A DNA stretch of 62,103 nucleotides, from contig JASFVL010000002.1 in NCBI GenBank assembly GCA_050049875.1, positions 1 to 62,103 of the forward strand. Direction: 5' to 3'. The notes beneath the pieces are model-generated. The model was not told the origin of the DNA, searched no databases, and worked only from the letters and a program-made list of their open reading frames with translations. The translations under genes and the position numbers were made by a program. This document shows, piece after piece, positions 54,042 through 62,103 of the stretch (positions within the stretch are counted from its first letter, which is position 1; every line of letters starts with the position of its first letter). Source of the DNA: Anaerolineales bacterium. GTDB taxonomy: Bacteria > Chloroflexota > Anaerolineae > Anaerolineales > UBA11858.

Positions 54042-54266
54042 CTAAAACAATTGTGGGGGCAAAACTCTCTCTGTCACTAACAAACAAAATGCGCTGAGGA
54101 TGCATATAATAAAAAGCAGCATCACAGCGATCACAAACCGCTGCACTGGCGTCATCCCCAGGAAGAGCTGCCTGTCCTCAGGGGTTTCCTCAAAATCTGG
54201 GGTCGGCTCCTCCTCGTCCATGAAAGACATCTCGCCGCCTTCCTTGCGTAAATCATCTAACATCAT
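54042..54266 (-). CDS. Small membrane protein (74 aa)
   Basis: GGAG RBS, acidic N-terminus, and a single TM helix FVIAVMLLFIICILSAFCLLV. Lies 27 nt downstream of birA. Confidence 0.5.
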   Translation of the reverse strand: MMLDDLRKEGGEMSFMDEEEPTPDFEETPEDRQLFLGMTPVQRFVIAVMLLFIICILSAFCLLVTERVLPPQLF

Positions 54267-54293
54267 TGATCTCCATTGTGGGGGCGTTTTAGG

Positions 54294-55094
54294 TTAGTTT
54301 AGCGTATTTTTGTAATCTGTCAACAGCCTCAGGCGGATTTCACCGAAGCGGAGCACACGCTCTTCCCCAGTGTGGGGACGAATCCGCAAGCCACCATCCG
54401 GGGTCAGACCGACCAATTGCCCTTTCAGAGGTGACTCAGAATCGGGAATCGCTTGGACCCAGTTGCCCAAATATGCCAGCTTGGCTTCCCACGCCTGGAC
54501 GAATTCCGGTGTGCCCAATCGCTCTCGCCATTCCAGTGCCTCAGCCAGCACTGCGCTCAGCAACTCCCATCGCTCAACCTTGCGCCCAAGGGCGCTCTCC
54601 ACACAGGTTGCTGGAAAATCGAGCCGCTCTGCCTCCGGTACGGAGGTTGGCGAAACATTGATGCCCATACCTAGTACAACCCGCTTCAAGCGCTCACCTG
54701 ACCATTGTGCTTCCACCAACACGCCGGCTAATTTTTTCCCTGCCACCAGTACGTCATTGGGCCACTTCACCTGCGTGGGAAGGGCGTAAAGATCTTCCAA
54801 CGCATAGCTCACTGCTAGGCCTCCCAACCCGGTCAGATGGGCCGACCTGCTCCCCTGAGCAATATCTTTTAGTATCAAACTGAACGCTAAGGCGGAACCC
54901 GGGGGAGTGTACCATCGGCGATCCCCTCGCCCGCGGCCGGCAGTCTGTTCGTCAGCGACCACCAGTGATAGATTGGGGCAGCCTGCCTCAGCCCAGGATA
55001 GAGCTGCGACGTTGGTAGACCCGATTTGTTCGTAGAAGCGCACCGCCCCCAACGGCAGTTCGGCTAAAGCGCTTTCTAGGCGGTCTTGATCCAT
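54294..55094 (-). CDS. birA: Biotin--[acetyl-CoA-carboxylase] ligase (group I, no HTH)
   Basis: Trimmed to ATG 55094. Motifs STNVAAL, QTAGRGRGDRRW and KWPNDVLVAGKKLAGVLVE. Confidence 0.85.
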   Translation of the reverse strand: MDQDRLESALAELPLGAVRFYEQIGSTNVAALSWAEAGCPNLSLVVADEQTAGRGRGDRRWYTPPGSALAFSLILKDIAQGSRSAHLTGLGGLAVSYALEDLYALPTQVKWPNDVLVAGKKLAGVLVEAQWSGERLKRVVLGMGINVSPTSVPEAERLDFPATCVESALGRKVERWELLSAVLAEALEWRERLGTPEFVQAWEAKLAYLGNWVQAIPDSESPLKGQLVGLTPDGGLRIRPHTGEERVLRFGEIRLRLLTDYKNTLN

Positions 55095-55121
55095 GCTAAG
55101 GATTTTACCCCTTATCGCCCT

Positions 55122-55199
55122 GTGTGCACGCAAGACTTGTCAGGAAGAAGAACGTGGGACACCCCACTTAATTCCCTTTGACGACATTTGAGTGCACAC
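55122..55199. mobile_element. MITE-like element, copy B (78 bp, no nested hairpin)
   Basis: GTGTGCACGCAAGACTTGTCAGGAAGAAGAACGTGGGACACCCCACTTAATTCCCTTTGACGACATTTGAGTGCACAC. Flanked by the identical 8-bp direct repeat ATCGCCCT (55114-55121 and 55200-55207). Confidence 0.6.
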
Positions 55200-55252
55200 A
55201 TCGCCCTAATGAGCTTGCCGATTCCGCTCATTTCCTATACAATTTTATTGCT

Positions 55253-55307
55253 TCAGAAGTTATGCAGTTGGGGAAGTACCACCCTTACTCTAGAACTGCG
55301 TAAGTTC
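55253..55307 (-). repeat. Gene-proximal dispersed element, copy S2
   Basis: The reverse complement reads GAACTTACGCAGTTCTAGAGTAAGGGTGGTACTTCCCCAACTGCATAACTTCTGA. It lies upstream of birA, separated from it by MITE copy B. Confidence 0.6.
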
Positions 55308-55411
55308 TATGTTTTTTAGCACGCACAACGTGAGGGCTGCTCACCGCTGATGGTTGGGTAGCCTAAATGTGAGCGCCTTGCTCACATCTCCAAACCTGCA
55401 ACCGGGGCTTT

Positions 55412-57217
55412 ATGCGCACAGTTCGCCGTTTGTACCTCTATGCGGTTGCCATGATCTCGCTGGAAGTGGTCTTGTGGGGGTTGGTAGAGTTCGCGCGTTC
55501 CCTTTTATCTGACCAACTCGGAGGGGATAACCTCCAACAACTATCTGAGGTGCTGTCGCTCTCCTTGGTGGGGGTGCCGGTGTTCTCCCTCCACTGGTGG
55601 TTGGCACAGCGCGGCGCCCGACAGGACGAACAGGAGCGCTCCGCGGGACTGCGTGCAATGTTCCTATATGGGATGCTAGCTGTAACCTTGATACCCGTGT
55701 CGCTGAATGCTTTAGCGCTGGTTAATCGGGCATTTCTGCAGGCTTTTGGGCTGCCGCCTCAGCTAGCCTTGGTTGGGGGCGACCAATCTTGGCGCGATAA
55801 CCTATTTGCTGTGGCTGTCAACGTTTCGGTGGCGGCTTATTTTTTCTCCGTGCTGCGAGATGATTGGGAAGAAGGGGTCCAGGGAGAGGCTTTCTCTCAC
55901 GTTCGCCACCTCTACCGCTACTTTTGGGTGCTCTATGGTCTGGGGATGAGCGTTTTGGGAATCCAGTTGATATGCCGGCATCTTTTGCTGCTGGTAGCGT
56001 ATGGATCGATCGAGTCGCTGGTCGAAGGGCTTGCTTTGTCTGTGATTGGGCTTCCCGTAGGAGGGTTCGCCTGGTGGTGGGTTGAGCGCTGGCTTGATCA
56101 ACCGCTGGAGCGTCAATCTGTCTTGCGTTATGGGGTGCTTTTCGGTGTCCTTATGGTGAGTGTGGCCGGTTTGTTGGTTCCAGCGGGCGTGATTGTGGCG
56201 TCTGCACTGCGTTTCCTATTGGATGGCAGCCTGGACTTGTCCCCCTTTTTGGTGGAGGTCAGTGAACCGCTTTCAGTGGCTATACCCTTTGGCATCGTAT
56301 TCGTGTATTTCAGAGGCAGGCTGCGGGATGATGATTTGCCGTCCTCGAACCGACGCCACATTCAATTTCGGCGATTGTATGGATATGTTGGCGCGGGTTT
56401 TGGGCTGGGCGCATTTTTTATCGGTGGGGAGTCGCTGACCTCCGTTCTGCGAGAGTTGGCGCTTAGTGATCCCTCGGTCTTGGGGCAGGCCTCTCAGGAG
56501 CAGTTCGCTACGGCAATTGCGACCTTGTTGGTTGGTATCCCCTTGTGGGTTTTTACCTGGCGGGCGCTGAACCGCGCTGCTGCTGGCGCGGATGAGGCTG
56601 GGAACGCCGCCCGTAGATCCACGATCCGCAAAGGCTATCTCTATCTGGTGTTGTTTATCGCGCTCATCGGGCTGGTGTTCACGGCCGGGGATTTGATTTA
56701 CGATCTTTTGCAAAGTTTTCTAGGGGAATCGACGGAGGACTCATCTCAGGCTGCTTTAGAGGCTCTTAAAAACCTGTTGCTCTTTGGTCTGCTTCTGGGA
56801 TACCACTGGATGACGCTGGGGGTCGATCGGCGCCGGACGGAGCGCTGGCTGGCTGAGCACCACAGCGAATTTCCGGTTTTGGTGTTGGCGAAGGGTGTGA
56901 GTGAATTTACCCAAAGCTTGGTCGCGGCTCTGCAGCAGGAAGCTCCCTCGATGCCGGTCGCTGTACACCTCGTAGATCAAGGTGCCCCTGATGAGGTCCT
57001 CTCCGAAGCTGAAGCCGTCATCTTGCCAGCCGAAGTTTGGACTCAGCCCCCCGAGGCGATCCGCCTGTGGCTGCTGGGCTACGCAGGACACCGCGTCGTG
57101 GTGCCTCTGCCGGTTGAGGGTTGGTCCTGGGCTTTTAAAGGAAAACGGAGTATCGCCACCCTTACCCGGGAGGCGGCCGAAAAAGTTTGCCAGTTAGCTG
57201 AGAGGGGTTACGTGTAA
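55412..57217 (+). CDS. Large polytopic membrane protein with C-terminal soluble domain, unknown function
   Basis: 601 aa with at least 12 hydrophobic helices in apparently repeated modules. The C-terminal ~130 aa are soluble (EFPVLVLAKGVSEF...). Confidence 0.6.
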   Translation: MRTVRRLYLYAVAMISLEVVLWGLVEFARSLLSDQLGGDNLQQLSEVLSLSLVGVPVFSLHWWLAQRGARQDEQERSAGLRAMFLYGMLAVTLIPVSLNALALVNRAFLQAFGLPPQLALVGGDQSWRDNLFAVAVNVSVAAYFFSVLRDDWEEGVQGEAFSHVRHLYRYFWVLYGLGMSVLGIQLICRHLLLLVAYGSIESLVEGLALSVIGLPVGGFAWWWVERWLDQPLERQSVLRYGVLFGVLMVSVAGLLVPAGVIVASALRFLLDGSLDLSPFLVEVSEPLSVAIPFGIVFVYFRGRLRDDDLPSSNRRHIQFRRLYGYVGAGFGLGAFFIGGESLTSVLRELALSDPSVLGQASQEQFATAIATLLVGIPLWVFTWRALNRAAAGADEAGNAARRSTIRKGYLYLVLFIALIGLVFTAGDLIYDLLQSFLGESTEDSSQAALEALKNLLLFGLLLGYHWMTLGVDRRRTERWLAEHHSEFPVLVLAKGVSEFTQSLVAALQQEAPSMPVAVHLVDQGAPDEVLSEAEAVILPAEVWTQPPEAIRLWLLGYAGHRVVVPLPVEGWSWAFKGKRSIATLTREAAEKVCQLAERGYV

Positions 57218-57237
57218 GGGCACACGGCATTGTGCTC

Positions 57238-58350
57238 CTACTTCACGCTGCTGATACCCGCCCAAACGTCCAGTTTGGCATTCACCCGCTGGATGACTTC
57301 GTCAGTGAATTCGGCGGTGGTCATGCTGCCGCCCAAATCTGTGGTGGCGTGACCGGCGTGCACGGCCTCGAAAACCGCCTCGTAGATGGCCCGCGAAGCC
57401 CGTTCCGCTTTTGCTGTCCCTGCGTAAGACAAAAGAGCGGCACCAGCCAGGATCATGGCGATCGGGTTGGCGATATTCTTCCCCTCCAGGGCTGGCGCAG
57501 TGCCGTGGGGAGCTTCGGTCATCACCACCTGGACATCATCTGCCGTTTTGCCAAAACCAAGAACCAAACTCTCGGAGCCGGCGATGCTGCCGAACATCTG
57601 CAAGATCATGTCGGAGAGCAGGTCACCGTCCCGATTGAGCGCCGGGACGACCAACGATTCACCCCCCGTTTTCATCAGCAATGCAAAGGTGGCGTCAATC
57701 AGCAGTGGTTCGTACGGCACGTCAGGATGGCGGGTGGCGGCAGTATCGAGTTCCTCTTTGAACATGCCCTCATAAACTGGGCTGACGGTGTATTTAGGGC
57801 CGCCGAAGACCCTAGCCCCCATGCGCTCAGCCAGTCGAAAAGTGAATTCTGCTACATGACGGCATGTAGAGCGCCGGATTTTGGCGGTGCGGAAGGCAAT
57901 TTCGTCACCGTTCTCTGTGCGCTCGCGCCACTCCTTGGCGCCGTAAGCATCGTCCACCGCCATACGCACCACCGCGATTGGGGCGTGTACGCCCCCAATG
58001 GCGTGTACGCGCGGCAGCCTCCGCCCCACACGCAAGATCACCTCGCCATCAATCAAATCGCGCAGCAGGGCATTCGGGCTGCCCACGTCATCAGGATCAC
58101 CAGGGGTGATCGTCGCTGCTTTGAACCCCAAACCGGTCCGGCACATGGCTTTGGCTGCCTCGCGCACCACCTGGTTGCGGGTGACTCGGCGGTTTTCCAG
58201 GCTTAGATCGAAGTGCTCATAAGCTAGCTTCATACGGATCACTTCTGGATTGAGCACGCGCAGGGCTTGCTCCAGCAGCTCTTCGCCGGTCTGGTCGCCG
58301 TGCATCACCGCCACGGTGGGCGTGGGGGTCGCGTTCGCTTGTTTGGTCAT
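57238..58350 (-). CDS. Isocitrate/isopropylmalate dehydrogenase family protein
   Basis: 370 aa with motifs NRDGDLLSDM, EAPHGTAPALEGKNIANPIAMILAGA and TTDLGG. Confidence 0.88.
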   Translation of the reverse strand: MTKQANATPTPTVAVMHGDQTGEELLEQALRVLNPEVIRMKLAYEHFDLSLENRRVTRNQVVREAAKAMCRTGLGFKAATITPGDPDDVGSPNALLRDLIDGEVILRVGRRLPRVHAIGGVHAPIAVVRMAVDDAYGAKEWRERTENGDEIAFRTAKIRRSTCRHVAEFTFRLAERMGARVFGGPKYTVSPVYEGMFKEELDTAATRHPDVPYEPLLIDATFALLMKTGGESLVVPALNRDGDLLSDMILQMFGSIAGSESLVLGFGKTADDVQVVMTEAPHGTAPALEGKNIANPIAMILAGAALLSYAGTAKAERASRAIYEAVFEAVHAGHATTDLGGSMTTAEFTDEVIQRVNAKLDVWAGISSVK

Positions 58351-58422
58351 GGTTAATCCTCACAGGGGTTTGGGGTGTTACTCAAAAATTTCTTTCCCAA
58401 CACCCATTATACTCATTTGTAG

Positions 58423-58510
58423 GGGCACAACACGTTGTGCCCAATCATGTCCATGACATCATTTGGATTGATGTATCGGATGTAGGGGCACGACGGCGCC
58501 GTGCCCCTAC
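58423..58510. repeat. Two hairpins sharing the motif TGTAGGGGCAC
   Basis: GGGCACAA-CACG-TTGTGCCC at 58423-58442. GTAGGGGCACG-ACGGCGC-CGTGCCCCTAC at 58482-58510. Both lie directly 3' of the tRNA-Gln pair on the minus strand. Confidence 0.55.
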
Positions 58511-58517
58511 TGCCAGG

Positions 58518-58588
58518 CTGGGAAGGAAGGATTCGAACCTCCATTGCCTGATTCAAAGTCAGGTGTCCTACCATTAGACGACTTCCCA
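58518..58588 (-). tRNA. tRNA-Gln (anticodon TTG)
   Basis: The reverse complement reads TGGGAAGTCGTCTAATGGTAGGACACCTGACTTTGAATCAGGCAATGGAGGTTCGAATCCTTCCTTCCCAG. Cloverleaf with anticodon loop CTTTGAA. Confidence 0.88.
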
Positions 58589-58604
58589 ATGTAGTATTGC
58601 TAGG

Positions 58605-58675
58605 CTGGGAAGGAAGGATTCGAACCTCCATTACCTGATTCAGAGTCAGGCGTCCTACCATTAGACGACTTCCCA
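58605..58675 (-). tRNA. tRNA-Gln (anticodon CTG)
   Basis: Same scaffold as the neighbouring tRNA, with anticodon loop CTCTGAA. The spacer between the two tRNAs is 16 nt. Confidence 0.88.
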
Positions 58676-58710
58676 AAAAGAAAAAAACTGCGAGCTTTGC
58701 AGCCCGCAGT
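58676..58710 (-). terminator. Intrinsic terminator on minus strand abutting tRNA-Gln(CTG) 5' end
   Basis: The minus strand reads ACTGCGGGC-TGCAAA-GCTCGCAGT (one mismatch), followed by TTTTTTTCTTTT. Confidence 0.55.
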
Positions 58711-58851
58711 AAAAACCAAGATGGTAAAAACCGTTGCCTCGCTACCGAGGGCTACACACGTGTCTGTATCTCCATTCGCTGGCTTTGCTGTTGCTGGAAA
58801 TCTACGCTGTGTAGTAAACGGTAATTCATGATCTTCTCGTTCAAAGATGTG
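58711..58851 (-). ncRNA. Candidate small RNA (unassigned family)
   Basis: A minus-strand promoter-like TTGACA (58886-58881), 17 nt, TAGATT (58863-58858) lies upstream and the terminator lies downstream. Nested complementary segments: 58718-22/58831-35, 58730-35/58817-22 and 58752-58/58808-14. Confidence 0.3.
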
Positions 58852-59255
58852 GGTCAAAATCTACCATTAAAGGTCGGAGGTGTCAATATTACAATACCTT
58901 TCGTGTGTGCTCAAATGTTGTCAGAAGGAAAAACGTTGGTTTGGGGTAGTATATTGAAAACGAGGGAAATGAAATCTTCTGAGGAATGAAGGGATAATTA
59001 ATTCGTAATGCTTTTCGTAACGTTTAGGATACGATTCTGGAGTAAAATAGACGAATATTATAAAAATTGGAAGGTATTTGCTGAGATTGGACGGGTTCTG
59101 CCCGCAAAGTCTCCTCACTCTTCCACTTGCCTTAATAGATCTTATGCAGGGATTTTTGTCTGTAAATTACGGGTGAAAATCAGTAATTTATTGGCAAATT
59201 GAATAGATCTGGAAAGTGAAAACGAATACCTGTTGCGTGACGCAGGAGGTGCAAA

Positions 59256-60158
59256 GTGAGCAATTTCTTTAAATGGGTAGGTATTGTCGCCGGTGTGATA
59301 TTGGGATTAGCCCTCGTAGCCCTTGGATTGGCTTATTACAATGTCGAAGCGCGTTTGAACAAGGATTACGATATATCGGTGGAGAGCATTCCTATTCCAG
59401 CATCGGTCAGCAAAAATGAGGGCGAGTGGCCGTTGGCTTTGTTGGGTTTCTGCTATGATTGTCATGGCGAAAACCTGGCTGGGCAGGTGATGTCGGACGA
59501 CAGCATTGGTCTCCTGGCCTCCTCAAATCTAACTGCAGGGGAGAGCGGCGTTGGCAGTTGGTACACGGACGCCGATTGGGTACGTGCCCTGCGGCACGGC
59601 GTCCGCCCAAACGGTAAACCGTTGCTGGTTATGCCAGCCCATGTCTTTTCAAAACTCAACGCTGACGACCTGGGTGAGATCATCGCCTACGTCAAGAGTG
59701 TGCCGCCGGTGGACAACGAGATGCCCCACAGCGAACTGAGATTAATGGGTCGGGTCATGCTCGTTGCTGGAATGATACCGCCTGCGGATGCCATCCCCGC
59801 GGAGGAGATTGATCATGACGCCCCTATTCCGCCGAAAATTCCGCCCAGCGTGACCGTTGAGCATGGCGAATATATCGCCTCTATGGTCTGCGCTGTATGT
59901 CACGGCGAAGACCTAGCCGGCGGGATGCTCGAGGGAGAGGGGGTGAACCTCACCCCTGCGGGGGACCTAGCGAATTGGACGGAGGAAGATTTTATGAAGG
60001 CAATACGAACGGGCGTCACCCCGGATGGCGAGGAACTTGACCCAGAGTTGATGCCTTATGAGGATTTTAAATTTCTCGGCGGCGATCAACTAAAAGCCAT
60101 CTGGCTTTACCTACAGACGCTGCCTCCAGTGGAAACACCGCAAGGTGTCGAGCAGTAG
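59256..60158 (+). CDS. Membrane-anchored dihaem c-type cytochrome
   Basis: 300 aa with GTG start following GGAGG. N-terminal TM helix and two CxxCH motifs (CYDCHG, CAVCHG). Confidence 0.85.
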   Translation: MSNFFKWVGIVAGVILGLALVALGLAYYNVEARLNKDYDISVESIPIPASVSKNEGEWPLALLGFCYDCHGENLAGQVMSDDSIGLLASSNLTAGESGVGSWYTDADWVRALRHGVRPNGKPLLVMPAHVFSKLNADDLGEIIAYVKSVPPVDNEMPHSELRLMGRVMLVAGMIPPADAIPAEEIDHDAPIPPKIPPSVTVEHGEYIASMVCAVCHGEDLAGGMLEGEGVNLTPAGDLANWTEEDFMKAIRTGVTPDGEELDPELMPYEDFKFLGGDQLKAIWLYLQTLPPVETPQGVEQ

Positions 60159-60236
60159 GGACGCGCAACCTCGTGGTAAACTCGATAAGTATGGACATGA
60201 TGACACTAAACCCACCGGCGATGTCGCAACGGCATT

Positions 60237-61571
60237 GTGACTCACAATACGATAGGGACAATGATGACAACGAACGCTGAGACGAACATCGAAATAAACA
60301 GGAATGACAAATCATCCTCGAACAGGGGCTGGCTTATAGCCGGGCGATTCGCATGGCTGGGCGTGACCCTCTTGACCCTCGCCCTCGTCCTAGTTGGCGA
60401 GCCTGAGCGTTACAGCCAACTCTTGGCGCAGTCCCAAGCCGACCGGATCACCCTGATAAATCTCGGAATAGCCTCTTCCACCTACGCGGGATTTATGACC
60501 GGGCTCGATCTCATTGTGGTTTTCGCTCACTTGATCGTTGCCCTGGTCATCTTCTGGCGCTGTAGAGTTGACATGTGGGCAGCCCTGTTGGTTATGTTTG
60601 CCTTGGTGACGAGTGGATCGCTCATCCCTTTGTCCCGCATGTACGCACCGGCAAGCTTACACCCGCTTTGGGAACTGCTGATCAACAGTGTGATCTATGC
60701 TGGGTTAGTCTCGGGCAGCGGACTGTTGTTCCTCTTTCCCGATGGGCGTTTTGTGCCGCGCTGGACCCGCTGGCCCTTTTTTATTTGGGCGGCGATCGTC
60801 TTTTTTGCGATCTTCTTTCCCAATCTCTCATTCAGTTTTCCTAATTGGCCTCTTCCCACGCAAATTTTAATCCTGCTGCTGGTGTCTGGGTTAGGGGTCT
60901 TCGCCCTAATATACCGCTACTACAACGTTTCGACTTTGCTCCGTCGGCAGCAGATCAAGTGGGCGCTGATTGGCTTGGTCGCTTCGATTGCGGGTCCATT
61001 TGTCTATTTTTTGCCTTTTGTGATCCTACCAAATCTTGACCTTCCCGTCGTCCCGAATTTCATGCGCAACTTGATTGGGCCGGCATTCTTCAGTTTCTCG
61101 CTGGTTTTTCGCATGATCACGGCATCCACTTTCACCCTTCTTTTGCTGATTCTTCCCATTACCTTCGCCATTGCCATCATGCGCTACCGGCTATGGGATA
61201 TTGACATCATCATCCGGCGGACATTAATCTACACGAGCCTGACGGCGTTCCTGGCTTTGGTATATTTTGCGAGTGTGGCGATCCTGGAGAGACTGTTTAG
61301 CGCGATCAGCGGTCAGCAATCAGCGATTGCCACGGTGCTCTCCACACTGGCAATTGCCGCTTTATTTAACCCGCTGCGCCGCTGGGTACAAGAGATCATC
61401 GACCAACGCTTTTACCGCAGTAAGTACGACGCTGAGAAGACCATGGCTGCTTTTGTGGCTACTTGTCGCGATGAGGTCGAATTGGAACGGCTGGCGGACG
61501 AATTGCTGCGTGTCACAGATAAGACAATGCAGCCTGAGCACGCTTCGCTGTGGTTGATTCGTGGTCGCTGA
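60237..61571 (+). CDS. Polytopic membrane protein with sensor-kinase-like input module, no kinase domain
   Basis: 444 aa. The motif block RYRLWDIDIIIRRTLIYTSLT...LFNPLRRWVQEIIDQRFYRSKYD is typical of N-terminal membrane modules of some sensor kinases. The start codon is uncertain. Confidence 0.6.
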   Translation: MTHNTIGTMMTTNAETNIEINRNDKSSSNRGWLIAGRFAWLGVTLLTLALVLVGEPERYSQLLAQSQADRITLINLGIASSTYAGFMTGLDLIVVFAHLIVALVIFWRCRVDMWAALLVMFALVTSGSLIPLSRMYAPASLHPLWELLINSVIYAGLVSGSGLLFLFPDGRFVPRWTRWPFFIWAAIVFFAIFFPNLSFSFPNWPLPTQILILLLVSGLGVFALIYRYYNVSTLLRRQQIKWALIGLVASIAGPFVYFLPFVILPNLDLPVVPNFMRNLIGPAFFSFSLVFRMITASTFTLLLLILPITFAIAIMRYRLWDIDIIIRRTLIYTSLTAFLALVYFASVAILERLFSAISGQQSAIATVLSTLAIAALFNPLRRWVQEIIDQRFYRSKYDAEKTMAAFVATCRDEVELERLADELLRVTDKTMQPEHASLWLIRGR

Positions 61572-61925
61572 CAGACGAATGTCAAGTGGCAGAGTGTGAA
61601 CTCGACCCTATCGGGGGGTATATTCAGAACAATCCCCAACAATGGGATCACGACCGGGAAGACTCAGGCTTCCTATCAGCCAACCGAGAAATTAATAATG
61701 GCTGAAGCTAAGGCTCTACCGAGAATCGGGCTAAGGGGAAACCCCCAATAACTTCGCCGTCCCCTGTGCGCGGTCTGGCTTCACTTAGGTCTTGGTATTA
61801 TTCCTTCTGAAAACATTTTAACGCACACAAATTTCCGTGACCGTAACAAAATCGGTGGGTTTTAGATAAATGGCAAGCTCCTTGCATGATGGAAACGATC
61901 AAACCGCCATCAAAAGGAACCTGCC

Positions 61926-62103
61926 ATGTCTATTATTGTACTCCGACTGCCAGATGTCAAGCAAAAAACAGAAGAACGACCACAAAAATGCCCCTATTGC
62001 GGTGGTGAAACCTTTCAAGGCTGGGGTGGGGTATCCAAAGCGGTAAAAGATAGTCGTCACCGTCGTGTCAGGGTACATCGCTATCGCTGCTGTCATTGTC
62101 GGC
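61926..62103 (+). CDS. Partial ORF: zinc-ribbon N-terminus resembling an IS transposase (runs off window)
   Basis: ATG 61926 follows AAGGAA. Translated by hand as MSIIVLRLPDVKQKTEERPQKCPYCGGETFQGWGGVSKAVKDSRHRRVRVHRYRCCHCR, with a CxxC...CxxC pattern. Family not assigned. Confidence 0.3.
   Translation, partial: MSIIVLRLPDVKQKTEERPQKCPYCGGETFQGWGGVSKAVKDSRHRRVRVHRYRCCHCR

Noticed and set aside
57232-58206. 324-aa plus-strand ORF
   Set aside because: It lies entirely antisense to the well-supported isocitrate/isopropylmalate dehydrogenase family gene. Its Arg/Gly/His-rich composition is typical of shadow ORFs in GC-rich DNA.
58600-58857. 85-aa minus-strand ORF
   Set aside because: Its 3' part is the tRNA-Gln(CTG) gene and the terminator. 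The region is better explained as tRNA plus a candidate sRNA.

Overview
This is a 62.1-kb chromosomal window, GC-rich by eye (not computed). Its gene content and repeat style point to a Chloroflexota/Anaerolineae-like organism, which is an inference. The supporting traits are a Gram-positive-type SOS box, a class I HMG-CoA reductase, a DRG-like GTPase and many perfect G/C-rich intergenic hairpins. I call about 60 protein genes and 3 tRNAs (Leu-CAA, Gln-TTG, Gln-CTG). I found no rRNA, CRISPR array, reverse transcriptase or integrase. Recognisable genes include recD2, holA, ssb, gyrA, birA, glgC and pepF, a MacB-type ABC exporter with two adaptor paralogs, an ABC-2/YhfC operon and a PadR/GyrI-like pair. 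Best candidate for an undescribed system: a visibly AT-richer two-gene operon at 7884-9009. It encodes a degenerate FtsK-like P-loop protein and a 90-aa partner. A near-consensus promoter sits directly in front of a 13/14 match to the SOS/Cheo box (AGAACATATGTTCG, 7814-7827), so I predict LexA control. Other observations worth a second look are listed below.
- A DnaA-box cluster (three perfect TTATCCACA plus three near matches, 17728-18173) with no dnaA nearby, a possible oriC.
- A MITE-like element family whose two full copies carry different 8-bp target-site duplications, plus one truncated copy.
- A ~55-nt element found in the same orientation just upstream of three unrelated genes.
- Four tandem TTAGAT-N4-ATCTAA operators on a consensus promoter in front of a small ORF / DUF-ArsR / twin-MFS operon.
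- An exact 8-bp-period repeat (ATTGTATN)x6 in a GntR promoter region.
- A perfect TGTGA-N6-TCACA site upstream of the gltD-like gene.
- Twin GTTTCACGTGAAAC palindromes upstream of the YhfC/ABC operon.
- A candidate ~170-nt sRNA with its own promoter and terminator upstream of the tRNA-Gln pair.
- A class I HMG-CoA reductase with an extra ~120-aa N-terminal domain.
All functional calls rest on motif recognition by eye. No database search was run.
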